Shown piece after piece: positions 56,897 through 64,000 of a DNA stretch of 64,000 nt (its first letter is position 1; each line of letters begins with the position of its first letter). The stretch lies in NCBI GenBank assembly GCA_903904515.1, contig CAIVCR010000060.1:30008-94007 (forward strand), read 5' to 3'. A program made the position numbers and the translations under genes. The notes under the pieces are model-generated. The model made no database searches and was not told where the DNA came from. It was given only the letters and a program-made list of their open reading frames with translations. This stretch comes from an uncultured Bacteroidia bacterium (GTDB taxonomy: Bacteria > Bacteroidota > Bacteroidia > Bacteroidales > Prolixibacteraceae).

Positions 56897-58174
56897 ATGA
56901 CAAAATTAGCACTACTTGGAGGTTCTCCACTTCGCGACACTAAAGTTAATCCATGGCCTAAATGGCCGGTATGGGATAAAAATGAAGAAAATGCATTAAT
57001 TGAAGTATTAAACAGCGGTGTCTGGTCTTATAACGGTCCGAAAGAGACTGAATTTAATAAAAACTTTGCTGAATTCAATGGTGTAAAGTATGCTGTTTCC
57101 GCCGCCAACGGTACCGTTACTTTGCAAATGGCGCTCGAAGCGTGTGGCATCGGTGTGGGTGACGAAGTGATCCTTCCCGGATTAACCTGGCAGGCCACAG
57201 CAGCAACAATTATCGACGTGAATGCAACTCCGGTTTTGGTTGATGTTTGCGAAGATACCTGGTGTATCGATCCTAAAGAGATTGAAAAAGCGATAACACC
57301 GCGCACAAAAGCGATTATTCCGGTTCACCTATATGGGAATTTCGCCGACATGGATGAAGTTCTCCGCATAGCTAAAAAACACAATCTTTTTGTAATTGAA
57401 GATTGCGCCCATAAACATGGCGGCGAATGGAATGGTAAAAAAGCCGGAAGTATTGGTGATATTGGAAGCTTTAGCTTTCAGCTCTCCAAGATTCTCACAG
57501 CGGGTGAAGGGGGAACTGTGACTACAAATAACTTTGAACTGTACGAAAAACTTGACGCTCTGCGTAATTGCGGAAGAAGACCTGAACCTGAAACCCTGGT
57601 AAAAGGGAATAAAGGTGAAGGTGTATATTTTGATGCCGGAAATTTCTGCCAGTCAGGAAATTTCAGAATCACCGAATTTCAGGCAGCAATCCTGGTTGAG
57701 GCATTGAAAAGATTGCCCGAGCAGAACAGGGTAAGAGATGAAAACGGAATCTATCTTAACTCACTGATAAAGGCTATTCCCGGAATTGTCCCGATGCGCA
57801 GAGATGCCCGTGAGACCAAAGAGTCCTATTTCAATTTCTCATTCAGATACGATCAGGCCGGATTCAAAGGTCTTCCGGTTGCAAAATTCCGTGCTGCACT
57901 TACTGCCGAACTTGGCATTGAAGTGGCAGCAAGTTATACTCCCCTGAATAATTGTTCCTTATATAAGCCGTTGACAAAGCCTTCACGCCATAAATTAAAT
58001 GACGAATATTGGGCTGCAATCGATCCATCGAGATTTGAACTCCCTGTTTGTGATAAGATTCATTTCGAGGGATCTGCCTGTATCCACCATAAAATTCTCA
58101 TGGGTACTTCTGCCGATATGGAGCTTGTCGCTGCTGCGATTCAGAAGGTTTATGACAATGCGGAAAGCCTTTAA
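56897..58174 (+). CDS. DegT/DnrJ/EryC1/StrS family PLP-dependent aminotransferase
   Basis: NGTVTLQMAL, IPVHLYG, EDCAHKHGG, and PLP-Lys context SFSFQLSKILTAGEGG. Confidence 0.85.
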   Translation: MTKLALLGGSPLRDTKVNPWPKWPVWDKNEENALIEVLNSGVWSYNGPKETEFNKNFAEFNGVKYAVSAANGTVTLQMALEACGIGVGDEVILPGLTWQATAATIIDVNATPVLVDVCEDTWCIDPKEIEKAITPRTKAIIPVHLYGNFADMDEVLRIAKKHNLFVIEDCAHKHGGEWNGKKAGSIGDIGSFSFQLSKILTAGEGGTVTTNNFELYEKLDALRNCGRRPEPETLVKGNKGEGVYFDAGNFCQSGNFRITEFQAAILVEALKRLPEQNRVRDENGIYLNSLIKAIPGIVPMRRDARETKESYFNFSFRYDQAGFKGLPVAKFRAALTAELGIEVAASYTPLNNCSLYKPLTKPSRHKLNDEYWAAIDPSRFELPVCDKIHFEGSACIHHKILMGTSADMELVAAAIQKVYDNAESL

Positions 58175-58194
58175 TTGCTGACAATTAGACTATT

Positions 58195-58381
58195 GAACCC
58201 ACTTCGGGGTTCCTGTTGACATACATGCCATAACCTCCGGTTCCACCGGAGGTTATTTATCCACCTGACCAGTTCTTTGAATTTTAATTTCATAGAGACC
58301 CTGAAAAGGGTCTAATTTGAATAACCGTGGGTGCAACCCACGGTATAAATACGCATTCTGACTGGAACCCTGAAGGGGTTC
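58195..58381. repeat. Array of five short stable hairpins in the DegT-Gfo spacer
   Basis: GAACCC-acttcg-GGGTTC (58195-58212). ATAACCTCCGG-ttcca-CCGGAGGTTAT (58230-58256). AGACCC-tgaaaa-GGGTCT (58296-58313). ACCGTGGGT-gca-ACCCACGGT (58324-58344). GAACCC-tgaag-GGGTTC (58365-58381). Confidence 0.8.
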
Positions 58382-58412
58382 AACTTCTAAATTAAATTTA
58401 TTACAACTACTT

Positions 58413-59420
58413 ATGAAAACCATAAAAATTGCCCTTATTGGAGCCGGATATATTTCCAACTACCACGCCCGCGGACTTCAATCTATTCCGGGCGTTGAGA
58501 TCGCTGTCGTTGTTGGACTTCCTATTGAAGCAGCCCGGGCTTTTGCCGATAAATACAATATCAAAGAAGCAACTACTGACGTTACATCACTTTTTAAGAG
58601 AGACGATATTGACGCCGTGGTTATCGGAACACCCAATAAATTCCATGCCCCTTTTGCCATCGAATTTCTGAATAACGGAAAGGATGTCTTCCTCGAAAAA
58701 CCCATGGCGATGTCAGCCGAAGAGGGCCTTACCATTCAGGCAGCAGCCGACGCCGGAGATCAGATCGTGATGACCGGCCACATGTGGCGTTTCGACAACG
58801 ATGTAAATTTTGTAAAAGATACGGTGGATTCAGGTCAGCTTGGAAAGATCGTAAAAACAAAAGGGTACGGAATCCACGAAAACTGGGGACCTGCCGGGTG
58901 GTTTTCGCAAAAAGCATTGGCTGGTGGCGGAGCACTTGCCGATATGGGTGTTCATGCAATTGATACGGCGCGCTATATTCTGGGTGACCCGAAACCAACA
59001 AAGGTTTATGCTAAAATCGGAACCCATTATGGTGATTATGATGTTGATGACTCAGGTATTATCATGATCTCGTGGGATAACGGAGCAGAATCGGTTATTG
59101 AAAGCGGCTGGTGGCAGCCTCACATGGATGGCCCCGAGGCAGCAACCGGAATCTATGGAACCAAAGGGTATGCCAATGTGTTTCCAACCTTCCTCAAATA
59201 CAAAGTGGGAAATATCCCCGGGAAATTTGATGCCAAACTTCCGGCCAAAACCGAACATTGCGATCAGTCGATGTACACACGTCAGATGGAGCACTATGTC
59301 GACTGCATCCGCACCCGCAAAACCCCGGTTCCGGGATTAATTGAAGGACAGATTATCCTCGATATCGTCGATGCGGCCTATAAATCTTCCGAAACGGGTG
59401 AGGTGGTAAACCTGGGATGA
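58413..59420 (+). CDS. Gfo/Idh/MocA family NAD(P)-dependent oxidoreductase
   Basis: IALIGAGYISNYH Rossmann motif, EKPMA motif, and C-terminal alpha/beta domain. Confidence 0.88.
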   Translation: MKTIKIALIGAGYISNYHARGLQSIPGVEIAVVVGLPIEAARAFADKYNIKEATTDVTSLFKRDDIDAVVIGTPNKFHAPFAIEFLNNGKDVFLEKPMAMSAEEGLTIQAAADAGDQIVMTGHMWRFDNDVNFVKDTVDSGQLGKIVKTKGYGIHENWGPAGWFSQKALAGGGALADMGVHAIDTARYILGDPKPTKVYAKIGTHYGDYDVDDSGIIMISWDNGAESVIESGWWQPHMDGPEAATGIYGTKGYANVFPTFLKYKVGNIPGKFDAKLPAKTEHCDQSMYTRQMEHYVDCIRTRKTPVPGLIEGQIILDIVDAAYKSSETGEVVNLG

Positions 59421-59540
59421 AGAATTTTTTGAATATTTCGTAGAAAGACAATTCATTCCGTAGCTATAAGTTGTTGATATTCTATGATATAAAATGCTAT
59501 ATCGCTTTTGACATTTGCCAGTAACTAATCCCTCTCCAGA

Positions 59541-59745
59541 AACTCCGCAAGGAGTTACATATTAATGACCCCCGGTGAAGCTTGCGGAACCGGGGGTTTA
59601 CGAAGAACATAAGCCGACAGCTCCGAAGTGGGCTGAATATTGATTTAAGATGTCCTTATAGTACCCTGTCAGGGTTCCGGTTTTAGACGAGATTCTTTAC
59701 CCCCAATTTCGATTCATTTGGGGTTATTCATCCGTTAGCTAACGG
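59541..59745. repeat. Array of six short hairpins in the Gfo-GH2 spacer
   Basis: AACTCC-gcaa-GGAGTT (59541-59556). ACCCCCGG...CCGGGGGT (59568-59597). CAGCTC-cgaagt-GGGCTG (59618-59635). ACCCT-gtc-AGGGT (59663-59675). CCCCAA...TTGGGG (59701-59723). Palindrome CCGTTAGCTAACGG (59732-59745). Confidence 0.75.
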
Positions 59746-59784
59746 AAAATTCTTGCAGGATTTCAACCTCTAAACGCATTCAAA

Positions 59785-62463
59785 ATGAAATCAGTAAAGT
59801 CTCTTATACTTGGATTTTTAATTGCCTTATTGCTGCTGAATGTAGGCTGCGTGAGTCCAAACCCTGGAATACTTCAGCTAAAAGATAATTGGAAGATACA
59901 GTCTTCAGCTCTTGTTCCCCAGGAAGGAAGTCAGATCTCGGCAAATGATTTTCATCCGGACAAATGGTATCCGGCGACAGTGCCCACCACTGTTTTGGCT
60001 GCGTTGGTTGAAAATAAAGTTTACCCTGATCCGTTTTATGGAGATAACCTCAAAAACATTCCCGGATACCGTTCGGGCAGCTGGCTCTCAATGCCTAAGG
60101 AGAGCCCCTTTCGCTCTTCATGGTGGTATCGCACTAAGTTTGAGATTCCCTCCGAATGGAATGGGCAATATATGACCTTACATCTGAACGGGATTAACCT
60201 CAAGGCCAATGTCTGGCTCAATGGGCATCAGATTGCGGATACATCAACCGTTGTCGGGATGTTCCGACGATTTGAACTGGATATCAACGAATGGGGCAAG
60301 CCCGGCGCTGAGAATAGCCTGGCAATTGAGGTCTTCGGACCCGGAAGAATTGCTGATCTCAAATACTACACCAAACAGGTGGAGGCTACCACCGGATGGG
60401 ATGACCACAACCCGCAACCCCCCGATCTGAATACGGGTGTCTGGCAGGATGTGTTTATTTCAGCCGACGGACCCGTTGCAATCCGAAATCCTTATGTGGT
60501 AACGAATCTTGACCTCCCTTCACTTGAAAATGCTCACCTGACCATTTCAGCAAAAGTTATTAATAATAGTGACGTGCAGGTGACTGGAAAGTTGAAAGGG
60601 GTAATCGAAAATATTCAAATCGGTAAAGAGGTAGTTCTTGCCCCCCACGAATCGAAAGTCGTCGAATTTACCCCGGCAGAATTTGCACAACTAACGATTA
60701 AAAATCCCCGGATCTGGTGGCCCCATAACTTGGGTGCCCAGGAATTGTACAATCTCAAACTGTCCTTTCTGACTGATGGTAATCTTTCAGCTGTTGAGAA
60801 TGTGCAGTTTGGAATACGCGAGGTCTCAACCTACATTAATAAGGAGGGGTGGCGCGGTTACCAGGTGAACGGTAAAAATATACTGATCCGTGGTGGCGCA
60901 TGGATGACGAGCGACATGTTGCTAAGATTATCTCACGATCGTTATTCAGGGCTTATTCAATATGCGAAGGAAGCGGGATTAAATACCTTAAGATCTGAAG
61001 GTTTCTCCATCCGCGAAACGGAGGAGTTTTACAACCTCTGCGATGAAAACGGAATCCTTGTGATCCAGCAGTTTTTCGGTCGTAACCTTCCCGATGAGAA
61101 ATTGGCTATAAATATTATCGAAGATATGTTGCTGCGGATCCGCAACCATCCCAGCCTGATCCATTTCCTGGGTCACGATGAGACATTCCCAACCGAAAAT
61201 CTGGATAAAAACTACAAGGAACTCGTTGCTAAATACACCCCTCAAAGGAGCTATCAGCCACATTCAGGTGCTTTTCATATTGAAGACCGGTTTAAAACCG
61301 GAGGGACACGTACCGGAACTTTGGAATTGTGGTCTTATGCCACCCCTGGCCATTACTATACCCATAAGGAGGATGGCGCCTGGGGATTTGCCCAGTCGGG
61401 TGGAATCGGCGGGGTATTTGCACCTTACGAAAGCATGCGCAAAATGTTGCCAGAAAAGGCATTATGGCCAATCAGCAATGAGACTTTTTCGTTTCATACG
61501 GTTCTCCAGGGAACAGATTATTTCACTGCCGGACTGGAAGCGCTGGACAAACGGTACGGAAAAGCGACGGGTATAGTCGACCTCTGCAACAAAGGGATGG
61601 CGCTCAATTACGAAAGTGCCCGTGGCATGTTCGAGGCCTATGCCCGCAATAAATATGAAGCACTTGGAATTACAACCTGGAAATATGATGCTGCATGGCC
61701 TGCCGTTTACAGCTGGCAATATGTCGACTGGTACCTCAATGTCGGAGGCGCCTATTACGGGGCAAAGAAAGCATGCGAACCTTTGCATGTGCAATATTCG
61801 TATGACGATAATTCGATCTGGGTGGTCAACAGCAAGTACCAGGATTTTAAAGACCTTAAGGTGACTGCGAAACTATTCAACTTCGACCTGAGTGAGAAAT
61901 TTTCCAAATCAGCGGTCGTAACCGTTGGTCCCGATGGGAAAACTGAAGCCTTTAAAATTGTATTTCCGGCAGGGTTGAGTAAAACCCATTTTCTGAGATT
62001 GAAACTGGAAGATGCTTCAGGCAAGGAGATAACTGATAACTTCTATTGGCTTTCAACAGCAAAGGATATTCAGGGAACACGCGTTGACACGAAAAGTCCG
62101 CTTGGTTTCGACTGGGACCTGTTCGTGGCAAAACCAAAATCGGTAGCCGATTTTACTGATCTGGAGAAACTTCCTAAAGTTGAACTTGAAAAATCCCTGG
62201 CGATTCTTCAGGATAGTTCTGAAATTAAGGGAGTTGTAAAGGTTAAAAACATTGGGAAAAATCTTGCCTTTATGGTTCACCTGGCATTATCAAAAGAGGG
62301 CGGCGATGAAATAACTCCGGCTTATTGGGGCGATAACTATTTTTCACTGTTCCCCGGAGAATCAAGAGCGATCAGCGTTCGATTTAATAAAAAAGATCAG
62401 GGATCCGGTTCAGCCGTATTAAAGGTGGACGGCTGGAATATAATAAAAGAGTATCATAACTAA
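59785..62463 (+). CDS. Glycoside hydrolase family 2 protein, paralog of 51920-54619
   Basis: Lipoprotein-type signal (LLLLNVGC). WWYRT, NGINLKANVWLNGH and RSEGF motifs. G-H-D-E (61171-61182) sits at the acid/base position. Confidence 0.8.
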   Translation: MKSVKSLILGFLIALLLLNVGCVSPNPGILQLKDNWKIQSSALVPQEGSQISANDFHPDKWYPATVPTTVLAALVENKVYPDPFYGDNLKNIPGYRSGSWLSMPKESPFRSSWWYRTKFEIPSEWNGQYMTLHLNGINLKANVWLNGHQIADTSTVVGMFRRFELDINEWGKPGAENSLAIEVFGPGRIADLKYYTKQVEATTGWDDHNPQPPDLNTGVWQDVFISADGPVAIRNPYVVTNLDLPSLENAHLTISAKVINNSDVQVTGKLKGVIENIQIGKEVVLAPHESKVVEFTPAEFAQLTIKNPRIWWPHNLGAQELYNLKLSFLTDGNLSAVENVQFGIREVSTYINKEGWRGYQVNGKNILIRGGAWMTSDMLLRLSHDRYSGLIQYAKEAGLNTLRSEGFSIRETEEFYNLCDENGILVIQQFFGRNLPDEKLAINIIEDMLLRIRNHPSLIHFLGHDETFPTENLDKNYKELVAKYTPQRSYQPHSGAFHIEDRFKTGGTRTGTLELWSYATPGHYYTHKEDGAWGFAQSGGIGGVFAPYESMRKMLPEKALWPISNETFSFHTVLQGTDYFTAGLEALDKRYGKATGIVDLCNKGMALNYESARGMFEAYARNKYEALGITTWKYDAAWPAVYSWQYVDWYLNVGGAYYGAKKACEPLHVQYSYDDNSIWVVNSKYQDFKDLKVTAKLFNFDLSEKFSKSAVVTVGPDGKTEAFKIVFPAGLSKTHFLRLKLEDASGKEITDNFYWLSTAKDIQGTRVDTKSPLGFDWDLFVAKPKSVADFTDLEKLPKVELEKSLAILQDSSEIKGVVKVKNIGKNLAFMVHLALSKEGGDEITPAYWGDNYFSLFPGESRAISVRFNKKDQGSGSAVLKVDGWNIIKEYHN

Positions 62464-62544
62464 TTTTACATAAAATAAAAGATTTTTTGGAATTGGATTT
62501 AATATCCCTTTAGGGATTTTATAAGGTTAGAAAACGGGTTATTA

Positions 62545-62741
62545 GATTAGGTTTTGTCCCGTCCGGGCAATATCATTTTAAGTTAAAGATTATGTCGATT
62601 TATTTTCTTTGTGAACCTTCGTGTTTTAGTGCTTTAGTGGCTATTTTTCCTGCCACAAAGTCACGAAGACACTAAGAAACACCAAGGAATTTAATAGCTT
62701 AATGACATTGCCCGTCTGGGACGAAATACCTAACCTAAATC
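62545..62741. repeat. Nested inverted-repeat (MITE-like) element
   Basis: Outer arms GATTAGGTTTTGTCCCGTCCGGGCAATATCATT and AATGACATTGCCCGTCTGGGACGAAATACCTAACCTAAATC. Inner arms are made of TTTAGTG / CACTAAG words (62609-62687). Confidence 0.65.
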
Positions 62742-62888
62742 TCTGATATCTAATCGCGTATTGTTCTTAAAGGAACTTAAAGATGGTCAATGCTATGGCT
62801 TTGATCATTGCAAATCAGACCTTTATGACGAAATGGTGCTAAGCTTATTAATTAAGTTTTAGGACTGAATAAATATAACATCCAAAAT

Positions 62889-64000
62889 ATGAGCAAAATG
62901 AAAATTAAAAATCTTCTTATAGGGCTCTTCTCCCTGGTCGCAATGCAGGTGCTGATGCAGTCCTGTACCAATAACAGTTTACCCCAGCTGGGTAAAAACA
63001 AGATAGAAAATGTAATTGCGGCCATGACCCCCGATGAAAAGATCGGAATGTCGGTCGGAGACGGAAAATTCCTGCCTGCAGCAGAATCAAAGACTACTGA
63101 GCAGGGGACAGGCATTATCATTGCCAACCAGAATTCGAAGATGGTTATCCCACGATTAGCCATAACCTCTTCTGCTCTTACCGATGGACCCTCCGGGGTT
63201 AACAGGGATCCCCATCCTGCAGGGGCAACGGAGTATTCCTATACAACCGCTTTCCCAACTTCAACATGCCTCGCAGCAACCTGGAACCTTGATTTGATTG
63301 AAAAAGTTGGACGGGCTTTTGGAAATGAGGTACTGGAATACGATTACGATGTGGTTTTGATGCCTGCACTGAACTTGCATCGTAACCCCAAATGCGGACG
63401 TAATTTTGAATATTATTCCGAAGATCCGCTGCTTTCCGGCAAATTAGCCGGAGCAATGGTCCGTGGTGTTCAGTCCAATGGGGTTGGAGCAACATTAAAA
63501 CATTTTCTGGCTAATAACCAGGAGACAAACCGCAGATCATACAATGCCGTGGTAAGCCAACGAGCATTACGCGAGATCTATTTGCGTGGATTCGAAATTG
63601 CAGTTAAGGAGGGTGGTCCAAAAGCGATCATGACCTCCTACAACAAGGTTAATGGCTATTACACCGCAGAAACGCCTGAACTGTTAAATGACATTGTCCG
63701 CAAGGAGTGGGGATTTAATGGTGTATTTATGACCGATTTTGATGGATATGGGAGCGCTGTTGCCAAGGTAAGAGCCGGGAATAATATGCTGATGGGTGGA
63801 AGTAAAGATGAGGTTAAGGAACTTACTGAAGCTCTTAAAAACAAAACGCTTGACGAAAGCACGCTAGCTAAGAATCTGGTTTATAACATGGAACTTAAAT
63901 TAAACTCTCCGAGGGCAAAAGGTCATATTCCGACGCAAAAACCTGATCTGGATGGTCATGCAAAAGTTGCCAGGGAGGCGGCCGGTGAGGGGCTGGTTCT
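62889..64000 (+). CDS. Glycoside hydrolase family 3 (beta-glucosidase / beta-hexosaminidase-like), 3'-truncated by the window edge
   Basis: Hand translation: MSKMKIKNLLIGLFSLVAMQVLMQSC (lipobox) ...LTDGPSGV...RNPKCGRNFEYYSEDPLL...KHFLANNQETNRR...MTSYNKVNG...GFNGVFMTDF. The open frame continues to base 64000. It is not in the ORF track because no stop lies in the window. Confidence 0.85.
   Translation, partial: MSKMKIKNLLIGLFSLVAMQVLMQSCTNNSLPQLGKNKIENVIAAMTPDEKIGMSVGDGKFLPAAESKTTEQGTGIIIANQNSKMVIPRLAITSSALTDGPSGVNRDPHPAGATEYSYTTAFPTSTCLAATWNLDLIEKVGRAFGNEVLEYDYDVVLMPALNLHRNPKCGRNFEYYSEDPLLSGKLAGAMVRGVQSNGVGATLKHFLANNQETNRRSYNAVVSQRALREIYLRGFEIAVKEGGPKAIMTSYNKVNGYYTAETPELLNDIVRKEWGFNGVFMTDFDGYGSAVAKVRAGNNMLMGGSKDEVKELTEALKNKTLDESTLAKNLVYNMELKLNSPRAKGHIPTQKPDLDGHAKVAREAAGEGLV

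Noticed and set aside
51920-64000. Calling the sugar locus a canonical polysaccharide utilisation locus (PUL).
   Set aside because: No SusC/SusD-like pair is present in the window, and transport appears to be by an MFS permease. It is kept as an unusual utilisation locus instead.
1-64000. tRNA, rRNA, tmRNA, integrase, transposase (other than Rpn) or prophage genes.
   Set aside because: I scanned the intergenic regions by eye for T-loop (GTTCGAATC-like) motifs and the coding regions for recombinase signatures. None was found. A covariance-model scan would be needed for certainty.

Overview
This 64 kb chromosomal segment reads as Bacteroidota. Support: a subtilase with a T9SS C-terminal sorting domain, a GldB-like lipoprotein, DUF1573 and DUF1080 families, TAnnTTTG-type promoter boxes and tightly packed genes. 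I support about 45 protein genes and found no rRNA, tRNA, CRISPR array, integrase or prophage. Housekeeping backbone: pfkA, meaB, uvrA, tatA, lepA, tatD, ansA, nadE. Accessory content: (1) At 36.4-47.1 kb a repeat-delimited array holds an Rpn-type PD-(D/E)XK nuclease gene, two giant paralogous NHL-propeller/Ig surface proteins and a membrane-anchored AraC regulator. The two giants share a near-identical leader, signal peptide and unusual C-terminal tail. This is my best candidate for an undescribed system. (2) At 51.9-64 kb lies a sugar or amino-sugar locus without SusC/D: GH2, ROK kinase, MFS, DegT aminotransferase, Gfo/Idh/MocA oxidoreductase, GH2, GH3. Its intergenic spacers are packed with small tetraloop-capped hairpins. 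(3) A CPBP protease / polytopic membrane protein / ABC ATPase operon. (4) A bacterial serpin. (5) An ECF sigma factor paired with an anti-sigma-like protein fused to an outer-membrane beta-barrel. The non-coding DNA is unusual. It carries several arrays of degenerate ATT-N5 octamer repeats just after stop codons, TIR-bounded palindromic TTTGCG-word elements, and a two-hairpin bidirectional-terminator repeat with a variable 13-bp minisatellite. CDS coordinates come from the ORF track, with starts re-chosen by arithmetic on the protein. Repeat and hairpin coordinates were counted by hand and may be off by 1-2 nt. All family assignments are from motif recognition, not searches.
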